Made by a program: the position numbers and the translations under genes. Shown piece after piece: positions 19,809-29,509 of a stretch of DNA of 64,000 nucleotides. The notes beneath the pieces are model-generated. The model was not told the origin of the DNA. It was given only the letters and a program-made list of their open reading frames with translations, and searched no databases. This DNA is from a candidate division CPR2 bacterium GW2011_GWC2_39_35 (GTDB taxonomy: Bacteria; Patescibacteriota; CPR2). Each line of letters begins with the position of its first letter. Positions within the stretch are counted from its first letter, which is position 1. The stretch spans positions 159,563 through 223,562 of the forward strand of contig LBWX01000001.1 in assembly GCA_000995065.1 (NCBI GenBank). The letters run 5' to 3'.

Positions 19809-19832
19809 AAAGGGGACGCACCCCGGCTGAAA
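19809..19832. repeat. 24-bp direct repeat copy 2 (aaaggggacgcaccccggctgaaa)
   Basis: Identical to 8392-8415. Confidence 0.8.
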
Positions 19833-19836
19833 TATA

Positions 19837-19862
19837 AAAAGACCTTGAAATGGGTCTTTTTT
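19837..19862. terminator. bidirectional rho-independent terminator AAAAGACC-ttgaaatg-GGTCTTTTTT between convergent genes
   Basis: 8-bp stem, A-run and T-run on either side. Confidence 0.6.
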
Positions 19863-19981
19863 GAGCTCTATTAAATTTTATAAAATAGCAAAATTTGTTC
19901 TCAAAATATTTTGAGGAAAAGGGGATTCGAACTCTTAACCCCAACCAGCTATTGGAATTCAAAATACTAGCATTAAAGAGA

Positions 19982-20548
19982 TTATTGGGCTTTAGCTAAC
20001 TCCAGCGCAGCATCAATAACTTTCTCAAAATATTCTTTGGCTTGTACATATTCCTTATATTTCTCTGGATCATTGATTTCCATTCTAAAAACCTCCAGTG
20101 GTTTAAGCTCAAGCTTTTCAACCTCTTCTTCTTGCAGTTTAAAGTTGGATATAGAACCGTCATGCTTTAAGAGGTAAACATTTATAAACTCTCTATTTTG
20201 ATATGTTGCCTTTTTGTTATTAACAAAGGCGTCAACAATTCTTACATAAACAAATTTCAGATCTTCAACATTAGCCTTTAAACCTATTTCCTCCTTAAGT
20301 TCTCTTATGCCGCCTTCTTCAGGAGTTTCGCCTGCATCAATGTGGCCACCCCCGGACACATATAGCAACCCGGGATGGACATCTTTTATCTTTGATCGTT
20401 TTTGTAAGAGTATCTCCCCTTTAGAATTATAGAGCCAAATGTGCGTACAGCGATGCCACTTTCCTTGTTGGTGCACTTCCTTTTTTGGAAGAATCTCACC
20501 GGTTGGATTGCCATTTTCGTCTAGAACTTCTAATAAATCTTCTGCCAT
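19982..20548 (-). CDS. Nudix hydrolase
   Basis: Nudix box GGGHIDAGETPEEGGIRELKEEIGL. 188 aa. Confidence 0.75.
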   Translation of the reverse strand: MAEDLLEVLDENGNPTGEILPKKEVHQQGKWHRCTHIWLYNSKGEILLQKRSKIKDVHPGLLYVSGGGHIDAGETPEEGGIRELKEEIGLKANVEDLKFVYVRIVDAFVNNKKATYQNREFINVYLLKHDGSISNFKLQEEEVEKLELKPLEVFRMEINDPEKYKEYVQAKEYFEKVIDAALELAKAQ

Positions 20549-20686
20549 TTATTTCCTCCTCAGGGTGCATTATAGCAGAGAAGATATTACTAAAAAATAT
20601 ACTTATTTAGAGCAGATGGCGATAATGCTATCAAATCAAGATAACCAATTATTGTTAGCTTACAGAGTTTCAGTTAAAAAGGTCTG

Positions 20687-21043
20687 TTGATATTTACCAT
20701 TCAGTTTATCATATATTTTTTGAGCCGTTTGCTTGTCCGTTGGTTAAGCGAAAATGATGTTAAGGTTGGAAAAGTTATCCTTGTGGCCCCTTCTCTTGAC
20801 CCCGAAAGAACTGTTAATGGTTTTTATGATTTTAAAATAGACCTTGATTTAGCATCAAAGACTAAAGGATTAGTAATATTTGGTTCTGATAACGATGGTC
20901 AAAGTATCAAAAATAGTATTAAGAAGTTGCTATCCGTTATCAAGGACGTTAAATATAGGGAGTTTAGCGGATATGGACATTTTACCTTTGGTGATATGGG
21001 TAAAAGAGAATTTCCTGAACTTTTTGAAGAGGCTATGAAATGA
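20687..21043 (+). pseudogene. C-terminal fragment of a YdeN/RBBP9-like alpha/beta serine hydrolase (N-terminal half missing or disrupted)
   Basis: GYGHFTFGDMG and VILVAPS motifs. The upstream frame (20439-20690) is broken and carries no nucleophile-elbow region. Confidence 0.3.
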
Positions 21044-21169
21044 AAGTTGTAAAAAAATTACTACTAGGATATAATTTCATTCCATAGTAAGTAGCTTTAA
21101 AATTTTTCTGTACAGCCATGACTGCAAAAGCATAATTACAACATGCTATCTTTGTTAGAGAGGGGGTAA

Positions 21170-21439
21170 ATGATGATTGGCTACATACTCGTTGCTATAG
21201 TTGCATTTGTGTTGCTGGCTGCAGCAGTTTATCGCCTCTGGCTTCAGCTAACCGAACGAACGTGGGAGGTAACCCTTTTAGATTGGGAATCCGGCTATTC
21301 ATATGGGCTTAATCCTGCCCATCTCACAATCTCACGTCGAAAACGACTAACGGAAGCTAAAGCGATAAAGCTTAAAGAAAAGCTTCAAAAGAAGTATCCG
21401 ACGCCTAGGTATGAAATTCGACTACGCAGTAGTTCCTGA
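21170..21439 (+). CDS. hypothetical small membrane protein
   Basis: 89 aa with an N-terminal TM helix. SD AGAGAGGGGG upstream. Confidence 0.35.
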   Translation: MMIGYILVAIVAFVLLAAAVYRLWLQLTERTWEVTLLDWESGYSYGLNPAHLTISRRKRLTEAKAIKLKEKLQKKYPTPRYEIRLRSSS

Positions 21440-21491
21440 TTTCTTAACAAAAAATAAGCCGCGTATTTCGAACTAATAAACATTGGGCAAA

Positions 21492-21526
21492 TTGCCCTCA
21501 ACAACACCACGTTGAGGGCAATTTTC
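21492..21526 (+). terminator. rho-independent terminator (11-bp stem TTGCCCTCAAC/GTTGAGGGCAA + T-run) with an overlapping alternative upstream hairpin GGGCAA/TTGCCC
   Basis: Direct reading. The alternative pairing sequesters the 5' half of the terminator stem. Confidence 0.5.
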
Positions 21527-21622
21527 ATTTATATTCAGCAAAAAATACTCGACAAACCGGTTGAGCTATTTTTTTAAAGCTTAAAAAAACGACTATAATT
21601 TTATACTTAATACCGCTCCAAG

Positions 21623-21931
21623 ATGTATGACAAAAATCAGATTCGTTATGCCTGTCATCAAAGTGTAAGGAACATGGTATTTTCAGGTTCTCTTCCCTTT
21701 AGATCAGAAACTCTAGAAGATATTAAGGCTAAAGGCTACTTATGCCGCTCGTGCAACAGTTACGAGACTAATGCTCGTTGCGTCTGCGGCAACAAAGCCG
21801 TAAGAGAAGTGCACCTAGGTGAAGTAATTGTCGAAAAGGTCATAGCAGACGAAGGCGCTATCGAATTTACGGATAACAAAGAACTTAGAAAAGAAGGCGG
21901 TATCGGAGCTTTTTTGAGATTTAAAGGTTAA
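21623..21931 (+). CDS. hypothetical Cys-rich protein (CRSCNSY...CVCGNK)
   Basis: 102-aa ORF preceded by a TATAAT box at ~21593. Confidence 0.35.
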   Translation: MYDKNQIRYACHQSVRNMVFSGSLPFRSETLEDIKAKGYLCRSCNSYETNARCVCGNKAVREVHLGEVIVEKVIADEGAIEFTDNKELRKEGGIGAFLRFKG

Positions 21932-22060
21932 TTATTTCAAATTTTTCTTCTTTGTAAGACCAAAGGAACAATTAGCTTTTTTTGAGGTTAAAATCAACAA
22001 TAAGCAAATCAACGATTAACTATTTTTTTAGCTCAAGCTTTATGTTAATATATAAAGCAA

Positions 22061-23107
22061 ATGACAAGAAGAAAAACGCGGACAATTCAAATAGGCGGCA
22101 TTAAAATAGGTGGCGATAATCCGATTGCTATTCAATCTATGACCAACACGGATACCCGCGATGCCGCCTCAACCGTCAGTCAGATAAAAAAGCTGGAAGA
22201 GGCCGGGTGCGAGATAATCAGAGCAGCTGTCCCGGATATGAAGGCTGCCGAGGCTTTAAGGGAAATAAAAAAACAAATTTCCATTCCTTTAGTGGCCGAC
22301 ATTCATTTTGACTACAAACTTGCTCTAAAATCAATCGAGTCCGGCGTCGACAAGATTCGAATAAATCCGGGCAATATTGGCAATGAAGAAAAAGTAAAAG
22401 AAGTAGTCCGGGCTTGTAAAGACAAAAATATTCCGATTCGAATCGGAGTCAATATTGGCTCATTGGAAAAAGATATCGAACAAAAACACGGACGAACTGC
22501 CAAGGCCATGGTTGAAAGCGCCTTATTCCATATTCGCATTCTTGAAAAACTAGACTTTCATGACATTGCTGTTTCTCTTAAGGCTTCTGATGTTTTGCGA
22601 ACCGTTAAAGCTTATAGATTACTCTCCGAAAAAGTAGACTATCCTTTGCACTTAGGCATTACCGAAGCCGGCACCCCTAAAACGGGTACCATAAAAAGCT
22701 CTGTAGGGCTTGGGATTATGCTAGCCGAAGGCATTGGAGACACCATAAGAGTTTCTCTAACCAGTGATCCGACAGAAGAAATTCGAGTTGCTTGGGAGAT
22801 CCTTAAATCCTTGAATTTAAGAGAAAGGGGAGCAAACCTTATTTCTTGCCCGACCTGCGGCCGCACAGAAATCGACCTTATTAGTCTTGCAAATAAGGTA
22901 GAAGAAATAGTTCAGAAGATAGATAAACCGATTACTATCGCCGTTATGGGCTGCGTTGTAAACGGACCCGGAGAGGCAAAGGAAGCCGATGTCGGCGTTG
23001 CCGGCGGAAAAGGTGCCGGGGTAATATTTAAGAAGGGGAAAGTACTAAAAACCGTATCCGAAGCAGAACTTTTGCCGGAATTATTAAAAGAAATAGAAAA
23101 ATTGTGA
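22061..23107 (+). CDS. ispG: 4-hydroxy-3-methylbut-2-en-1-yl diphosphate synthase
   Basis: [14 protein letters not shown]-barrel signature and C-terminal [4Fe-4S] Cys region (CPTCGR...[10 protein letters not shown]). Confidence 0.9.
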   Translation: MTRRKTRTIQIGGIKIGGDNPIAIQSMTNTDTRDAASTVSQIKKLEEAGCEIIRAAVPDMKAAEALREIKKQISIPLVADIHFDYKLALKSIESGVDKIRINPGNIGNEEKVKEVVRACKDKNIPIRIGVNIGSLEKDIEQKHGRTAKAMVESALFHIRILEKLDFHDIAVSLKASDVLRTVKAYRLLSEKVDYPLHLGITEAGTPKTGTIKSSVGLGIMLAEGIGDTIRVSLTSDPTEEIRVAWEILKSLNLRERGANLISCPTCGRTEIDLISLANKVEEIVQKIDKPITIAVMGCVVNGPGEAKEADVGVAGGKGAGVIFKKGKVLKTVSEAELLPELLKEIEKL

Positions 23108-23961
23108 CAGAGGATTTTATGGAAATCAAAATAGCTAAAGAGCTTGGATTTTGTTTCGGCGTCAAAAGAGCGGCTGATATGACTTTAGCCGAAGTTAATG
23201 GCGAGGTAATAAACACGCTTGGGCCTTTAATTCACAATCCCGAATTTACAAAATTTTTGGAAACAAGAAATGCCTATGTAGCAGACACGGTGGGCGATAT
23301 TAAGGGTAAGAAAGTTGTCATTAGAGCACACGGCATCCCAAAAGAAACGGAACAGGAAATCCAAGAAAACAACATAGAAATAATTGACGCTACTTGCCCT
23401 TACGTAAAGAGAGTTCAGCAACTCGCCGAAAAATATTACAATAAAGGCTACTCGGTTTTTATATTGGGAGAAAAAGACCATCCGGAAGTTATTGGCATCG
23501 AAAGCTACGCTCCAAATTCCATTGTACTAAAATACGAACATGATATTCCAGACCTGCCGCCAGAATCAAAAGTAGCCCTCATATCTCAAACAACCCAAAA
23601 ATTTAAGACCTTTGATAGCTTAGCATGTGCTCTTAAAAAACGCTTTAAAAACGTGGCAATTACAAATACTATTTGTGATGCCACCGAAAAAAGACAAAAG
23701 GCCGCCATGAAACTCGCTAAGGAGGTAGAAATAATGATTGTTATCGGCGGCAAGAACTCGTCAAATACCACAAAATTAAAAGAAATTTGCGGGCAAATTG
23801 TAAAAACCCATCATATTGAAACCGAAAAAGAGCTAAAGAAAGAGTGGCTTAAGGACATAAAAACAGTTGGGATAACAGCCGGAGCCTCTACCCCAGACTT
23901 TTCCATCGAAAAAGTTGTAGAAAAGATAAAAAGCATTAATACTCCCGCTCTCACCGCTTAA
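23104..23961 (+). CDS. ispH: 4-hydroxy-3-methylbut-2-enyl diphosphate reductase
   Basis: [15 protein letters not shown] and NSSNT motifs of LytB/IspH. Overlaps the ispG stop. Confidence 0.9.
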   Translation: MTEDFMEIKIAKELGFCFGVKRAADMTLAEVNGEVINTLGPLIHNPEFTKFLETRNAYVADTVGDIKGKKVVIRAHGIPKETEQEIQENNIEIIDATCPYVKRVQQLAEKYYNKGYSVFILGEKDHPEVIGIESYAPNSIVLKYEHDIPDLPPESKVALISQTTQKFKTFDSLACALKKRFKNVAITNTICDATEKRQKAAMKLAKEVEIMIVIGGKNSSNTTKLKEICGQIVKTHHIETEKELKKEWLKDIKTVGITAGASTPDFSIEKVVEKIKSINTPALTA

Positions 23962-24028
23962 CAGATTAACTGTAACTCCAACTGTAAAGTTAATATGAGA
24001 TGGGAATGAATAGGAAAGAGGCATTAAT

Positions 24029-24949
24029 ATGAACAACATCAAAATTTTTTCCGGTAGTTCCGGAACGACTTTAGCTGAAAATGTTTGCAAGGAGCTTGGC
24101 ATTAAGCTCGGGAAGGCTCAAATAGAGACCTTTAATGATGGGGAAATTAACATCCAAATCCTAGAAGACATAAAAGATAAAGACATATATATCATAAATC
24201 CAACCAATCCGCCTACTGAGAATCTCTTTGAAATGGCTTTAATGTCTGATGCCGCCAAAAGAGCAGGAGCAAAGAGCATTACTCTTATTCCCACTTATCT
24301 TGGCTATAGTCGCCAAGACCGAAAAGATAAGCCAGGCAAACCCCTTAGCCTCAAAGTAATTACCGATATTTTATCCCTAAATGCCACTAGTATCCTATTA
24401 GTCGATATCCACGCCGAACAAACCACCGGTTTCTTTGCAAACAACATTGTAACCGATAATATTGCCGCTTTAACTATCTTTGCGCCTTATATCAAAGAAA
24501 ATATAAAAAACCATTTTGTGGTTGCCACTCCCGACGCCGGCGGGGTAAAAAGAGCTAAGCAGTTTGCCAAAGTGCTGGAAATTGATGATTATGTCATCTT
24601 TACTAAATATCGACCCGAAGCCGGAATTATCGAGAAGGAATCGACCAAGATAATCGGCGATGTTGAAGGCAAAGATGTTATCTTTATAGACGATATGATC
24701 GACACAGGAGGCACTATCATAAATGCCGCCAAACACGCCAAAAAATCCGGCGCTGGAGATATTTATGTACTTGCAACTCACGGTTTATTTTCCAAAAATG
24801 CCTTAGAAAAATTCGACAAGAGTGCCATAAAAGAAGTTATTGTTACTGACTCCATTTATCATGCACCGGAAGAATTAAAGACCAAAAGAGTAAAAATCAC
24901 TACAATTTCTATTGCCAAGCTCTTAGCCGAGACCCTTAATAAGAATTAA
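24029..24949 (+). CDS. prs: ribose-phosphate pyrophosphokinase
   Basis: IKIFSGSS N-terminus and PRPP-binding DDMIDTGGT motif. Confidence 0.9.
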   Translation: MNNIKIFSGSSGTTLAENVCKELGIKLGKAQIETFNDGEINIQILEDIKDKDIYIINPTNPPTENLFEMALMSDAAKRAGAKSITLIPTYLGYSRQDRKDKPGKPLSLKVITDILSLNATSILLVDIHAEQTTGFFANNIVTDNIAALTIFAPYIKENIKNHFVVATPDAGGVKRAKQFAKVLEIDDYVIFTKYRPEAGIIEKESTKIIGDVEGKDVIFIDDMIDTGGTIINAAKHAKKSGAGDIYVLATHGLFSKNALEKFDKSAIKEVIVTDSIYHAPEELKTKRVKITTISIAKLLAETLNKN

Positions 24950-24961
24950 TCAGAATAAGAA

Positions 24962-25618
24962 CTAACTCTCCAGGTCAGAAGAAACGGCAGATTGTTTTTT
25001 CTTTTTTGGCTTAGGAGTTCTAGTAAGTAAGTGATTTGAGGTAAATATAAAGGCAATAGAGGAAAGCCAGGCAACCGACACCACAATTGCAAGATTTAGC
25101 TCCCTCTTCTCAACTTCTTTTAAAGACCTGCCAACTAGAACATAGCCGGTACTTTGGCCGCTATAATGTTTAATAACTGTTGCCGCTCTTACTCCTTTTT
25201 TAGGCTTCCAAGTAAATCGAGTTTCTCCTTTTTTCTTTGCGTTGTCCAACACACCTCGAGGAAGGGTCGGGTCATTGCCATCAAGAGCAGCATTAGAATA
25301 AATACTGTTGCCGCTTGCGTCATACACTATTGTAAACACGGACATGCTTTTTGAAAAATCGACTTTATTTTCCGGCGATGGCGGCGGGGCCTGAATACTA
25401 CTTATCAAGGTATCCGCAATTTCTTCAGCATTCTGAATCTGAGGATCATTAGCTGCCTCGCGATAGCTCTGTTGAACCGCTACAAAAATAAGTCCCGACA
25501 TTAAAGTTGCAATTCCAATAAGGGGAATCAGATTCGAAAAACGCCTTAAGAAGCTAATTTGAGGTACTTTCGACAGATTTGGTAGTTTAGTTGGTTTTGG
25601 AATTTTTGGAAGTTTCAT
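24962..25618 (-). CDS. hypothetical membrane-anchored protein
   Basis: 218 aa with an N-terminal TM helix and a C-terminal TM helix plus Lys-rich tail. Confidence 0.4.
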   Translation of the reverse strand: MKLPKIPKPTKLPNLSKVPQISFLRRFSNLIPLIGIATLMSGLIFVAVQQSYREAANDPQIQNAEEIADTLISSIQAPPPSPENKVDFSKSMSVFTIVYDASGNSIYSNAALDGNDPTLPRGVLDNAKKKGETRFTWKPKKGVRAATVIKHYSGQSTGYVLVGRSLKEVEKRELNLAIVVSVAWLSSIAFIFTSNHLLTRTPKPKKKKQSAVSSDLES

Positions 25619-25844
25619 ATTCTCCTTTGTTTAGTAATTTAAGTATAACTGTTTTCTAAAAGTTAAGCTACTATTACGTCAATCTGCTTGCTCTTTTAGC
25701 GTCAGTTTAATTATTTTGTATGAACCTCTTTTTATGGTTCTTAACCTTTTTCGTAATCATCTCTACTTTTGAAAAACCAAAAGTAGCAAAAGTCTTCCGG
25801 CTGATCCTCGACAAAGTGTCGACATTGCGACTCATTCCTTCATA

Positions 25845-25905
25845 AAAACCTAACCGCTCCCTCGCTAAAGCTCAGATCGCGCCCTTAGGCGGGAGCAAGG
25901 TTTTT
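25845..25905. promoter_or_regulatory. GC-rich nested stem-loop element (outer AAAACCT/AGGTTTT, inner GCTCCC/GGGAGC) in a divergent intergenic region
   Basis: Direct reading. GC-rich island in otherwise AT-rich spacer. Confidence 0.35.
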
Positions 25906-26056
25906 ATCATAGTTATTTCGTTTATGTCTCTCTTTGCTTGCGGAGACCGGAGCAATTTTTGATTTTATTTATGGCAAATGAGGGATTTTTAGAGTATAAT
26001 CCACTAAATCAGAAATACTAAGAAAATTAACATTACATCCCTAGGGAGGGGCAAAT

Positions 26057-26821
26057 ATGAGGATTGGAACGATATGCATGAAAGGCATAAAAACCGTTAT
26101 GGAAGATGCCTTCTTTCTAGAATCGAACTTTATGGGACACAACTTGATTTTGGGCGGCGTCTTTGACGGACACTGCGGATCATTTGCTGCAAATTATGCT
26201 TCCCAAAAATTTACGACATATTTTAAATCATATCTTAATCAAGGTATCGAGAAGGCCTTTGAGAACAGTTATCAGCAAATAACTGATGAACTTGCTAGAA
26301 AGGATGCATTAGACTCCGGAACTACTGCTACCACCTTCCTTATTATGGACAACACAATTTATGGTGCCAATGTCGGCGATTCTGGAGCTATAGTTATAAC
26401 TAGCGAGGGCTTGTTAAAACTTACTAAAGATCATCGAATGACTAATCCCGATGAATTCGCAAGGGTGGCAGCTAAGAGCAGTATAATATTTCAGAAGATA
26501 AAAAGTCGCTCTATCTACGTTGCTGGCTACACAACGAAATATGGTTTAGAGCCCACAAGGTCACTAGGAGATAAAGATTACAGATCGGCCGGAATCATTC
26601 CAACACCCCACACTTTTACCCACCGCATTTCGGACCAAGATATTTATCTTATTGTTGCCACCGATGGTTTATGGGATTTTCTAAACGATACCCAAGTCGA
26701 AATTCTCGCAAGAGAAATTCCAGATCCAGCTGTTTTGGTAAAAGAAATATCAAAACATGTCTTCGGCAACTTTTGGGGAAATGACAACTTAACGATAATA
26801 GCAATCGGATTTAAAGAGTAG
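26057..26821 (+). CDS. PP2C-family Ser/Thr protein phosphatase
   Basis: GVFDGHCG, DSGA and ATDGLWD metal-binding motifs. Confidence 0.75.
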   Translation: MRIGTICMKGIKTVMEDAFFLESNFMGHNLILGGVFDGHCGSFAANYASQKFTTYFKSYLNQGIEKAFENSYQQITDELARKDALDSGTTATTFLIMDNTIYGANVGDSGAIVITSEGLLKLTKDHRMTNPDEFARVAAKSSIIFQKIKSRSIYVAGYTTKYGLEPTRSLGDKDYRSAGIIPTPHTFTHRISDQDIYLIVATDGLWDFLNDTQVEILAREIPDPAVLVKEISKHVFGNFWGNDNLTIIAIGFKE

Positions 26822-26855
26822 CTCTCATTTGGCTGCTCTTTTTTTATTTCAGTCT

Positions 26856-26880
26856 AAAAAGACTCCATAGGGGAGTCTTT
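26856..26880. terminator. bidirectional terminator AAAAAGACTCC-atag-GGGAGTCTTTTT
   Basis: 8-bp stem flanked by A/T runs. Confidence 0.6.
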
Positions 26881-27105
26881 TTACTTATCAAACAAGGCTA
26901 ATGTTTCGGGTTTTTGCCTGGACATCCAATCCATCAGTCTTTTTCTATGTTTATCTATGGACCACTCGGAATTTTTAAATTCATTCGGATGCTCATTTCG
27001 ATATTGCTCGCAAATAATCTCGTTTACTTTGTGATCAGGGGTATTGTAAAGCTGGTTATATTCTTCGATAAATTTACACATAAGGTCGCTATTTGTATTT
27101 TCCAT
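26881..27105 (-). CDS. hypothetical small protein
   Basis: 74-aa ORF, convergent with the phosphatase gene. Confidence 0.3.
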   Translation of the reverse strand: MENTNSDLMCKFIEEYNQLYNTPDHKVNEIICEQYRNEHPNEFKNSEWSIDKHRKRLMDWMSRQKPETLALFDK

Positions 27106-27241
27106 ATGTCTATTATATCACGGTTTTTACTAAAAATGAATAAAAAGCCAATCTTCGTTGACGATTACATAGAGGGTGGGGGATTCATCTGCCTCATCGT
27201 TAAGAACCTCTAAGCCTATTAATCTCAAAGCGATTACTAAA

Positions 27242-27640
27242 TTACTCAGAGGTAATGCCGTCAAACTCTTCTTTATTAGTCTCTGCATCTTCTTTTGTAG
27301 TCCCAACAATGCCGTCTTTATGATGAGCTGGAGAATAAATAGTGTATAGTTTTAAACCTTCGCTGTCAGAAATATTAATTACATTATGCTGGGCGCCTGC
27401 CGGCACCAAAACAGCATCGCCATCGCCAACTTCATATTCATTGCCATCTATTATTACTTTGCCTTTGCCAGCTTCGAATCTAAAAAACTGATCATTTTCT
27501 TCATGCACTTCCATACCAATTTCTTGTTTCGGCTTGAGACTCATTATTACCAATTGACTATGAGACCCCGTATACAAAACCTTTCTAAAGTTTTCATTTC
27601 CTAATGCTAATACTTCGATATTGTCTTTAAATCCTTTCAT
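27242..27640 (-). CDS. cupin-domain protein
   Basis: Conserved His-containing double-stranded beta-helix motifs (HEENDQFF..., HHKD). Confidence 0.55.
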   Translation of the reverse strand: MKGFKDNIEVLALGNENFRKVLYTGSHSQLVIMSLKPKQEIGMEVHEENDQFFRFEAGKGKVIIDGNEYEVGDGDAVLVPAGAQHNVINISDSEGLKLYTIYSPAHHKDGIVGTTKEDAETNKEEFDGITSE

Positions 27641-27822
27641 GTTTCCTCCTTTTTATAATATATAGGAATTATACTTGCATCCCCTCAAGGAAAAAATGGT
27701 GAAATTTATAATAGGAAAATTTTTGGCAGATTGAGTATGGGCAGTTTTGATATACCCTCTTTGTTCCTACAATATTATTTCCGTTTTGCTATTAACTATA
27801 AAATGCATTAGGATGGGGAGGT

Positions 27823-29175
27823 ATGAAAACTCCTGAATACATCCAAACCACGAATATCGAGCTAAATGATCAGTTTCAAAGAGCCTACAATCTTATGGAA
27901 AACAGCTTAAGGAATATTTTTATTACAGGAAAGGCCGGCACCGGAAAGTCAACCCTGCTTAACTATTTTAGAGAGAACACAAAGAAAAAGGTGGTTGTTT
28001 TAGCGCCTACGGGGGTGGCGGCCATAAATGTAAAAGGACAGACAATCCACTCCTTTTTTAAATTTAAACCGGATATTACATTAGCCAAGGTCAAAAAGCT
28101 AAAGGAAAAGAAGAATGAGAAGGCCAATCTCTACCAAAAAATAGACACCATAATCATTGACGAAATTTCCATGGTTAGAGCTGATCTTTTGGACTGTGTC
28201 GACAAGTTTTTGCGCCTGAACGGTAAAGAAACGGGCAAACCATTCGGCGGCATTCAGATGATATTTGTCGGCGACCTTTATCAGCTTCCGCCGGTAGTCA
28301 CAGCTCATGAAAAATCGATTTTTGAAGGTAGTTACAAAAGTGAATACTTTTTTGATGCCAAGGTTTTTGAAGGTTCTTTGTTTGAAGAACAATTTGATTT
28401 GGATTTTATTGAGCTAGAAAAAATATATCGTCAAAAAGATAACGAATTTATTAATTTACTCAGCACTATCAGAAATAATACAGCCACAAACACAGAACTA
28501 GAAGCCTTAAATAAGAGGCATAACCCGCACTTTAAACCTTCTTTTGAGGACTATTATATTTATCTTACGACAACCAATAAAATGGCTGCCGCAGTTAATG
28601 AAGAGCGATTAAACTTACTTGATGGAAAAAACCATCAATTTGAGGGCCAAGTAACCGGCAAATTTGACAATAAGTATTTACCAACGGACATAGGCCTTAA
28701 AATAAAAATGGGTTCCCAAGTGATGCTTCTAAATAATGATCCGGCCGGAAGGTGGGTAAACGGTAGTATCGGCAAAGTTGTCGATATTTTAGAAAATTTT
28801 GATAGCGAAGATGTGCTAAAGGTGGAGCTATCGTCCGGCAGGGTAGTGAACGTAACTCCTTTTACCTGGGAAGTCTTTAATTTTGAATTTGATGACATGA
28901 ACAATAGTTTAGTATCTAAAACCGTAGGGTCATTTACCCAGTATCCCTTAAAACTTGCTTGGGCTATAACCATCCACAAAAGCCAGGGCAAAACATTTGA
29001 AAAAATTATTGTTGATATCGGCTGGGGTACTTTTGCTCATGGCCAGATGTATGTCGCCTTAAGCAGATGCACCAGCCTAGACGGCATTGTACTTAAAAAA
29101 TCAATCCAACAGAAACACATAATAATGGACCAAAGAGTAGTGGATTTCGTAACCAACTACCGACAAGCGACTTAG
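27823..29175 (+). CDS. Pif1/RecD-family (SF1B) DNA helicase
   Basis: GKAGTGKSTLL Walker A, VLAPTGVAAINV, GQTIHSFF, DEISMV Walker B and the C-terminal IHKSQG motif. Confidence 0.75.
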   Translation: MKTPEYIQTTNIELNDQFQRAYNLMENSLRNIFITGKAGTGKSTLLNYFRENTKKKVVVLAPTGVAAINVKGQTIHSFFKFKPDITLAKVKKLKEKKNEKANLYQKIDTIIIDEISMVRADLLDCVDKFLRLNGKETGKPFGGIQMIFVGDLYQLPPVVTAHEKSIFEGSYKSEYFFDAKVFEGSLFEEQFDLDFIELEKIYRQKDNEFINLLSTIRNNTATNTELEALNKRHNPHFKPSFEDYYIYLTTTNKMAAAVNEERLNLLDGKNHQFEGQVTGKFDNKYLPTDIGLKIKMGSQVMLLNNDPAGRWVNGSIGKVVDILENFDSEDVLKVELSSGRVVNVTPFTWEVFNFEFDDMNNSLVSKTVGSFTQYPLKLAWAITIHKSQGKTFEKIIVDIGWGTFAHGQMYVALSRCTSLDGIVLKKSIQQKHIIMDQRVVDFVTNYRQAT

Positions 29176-29509
29176 TGCGCCAGAAGATGTGCTACATGTG
29201 CTATAAATATAATAATAAACTAGATTCTGAAATAAATTTATAATTATGAATCCGCCATGTAAGACTCGCCCTATCTAATTTAGCAAAAAAGGCGTATAAT
29301 ATATCTAACATATCAAATAGTTATACTATTTAGGCATCTAAAACCTCTAGTTATTTTTATGGAACTCAATCTTCTTAAGTGATTAGCAAATTTTATTTTC
29401 TATCTAGTTTACTTGCTAAGGTCTTTTTTAAATATTTAGGAAACTAATAAAAATTAAAGCAAAGAACCTTGGCCCAAGAGATCAACCAACAGATCGGAAA
29501 GAGAAATTT

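Larger units (their letters stand above)
8392..19832. mobile_element. putative integrated genomic island (~11.4 kb) bounded by 24-bp direct repeats at tRNA-Gln; carries serine recombinase, nested IS and a cargo operon
   Basis: Perfect 24-bp direct repeats, the adjacent tRNA, a recombinase gene at the left end and an IS inside. The boundaries are a hypothesis. Confidence 0.4.

Noticed and set aside
19901-19975. tRNA T-loop-like string GAGTTCGAATCCCC (minus strand) near the right island flank
   Set aside because: Flanking bases do not form a T-stem, an acceptor or any other tRNA arm. At most it is a degraded tRNA remnant and cannot be supported as a feature.
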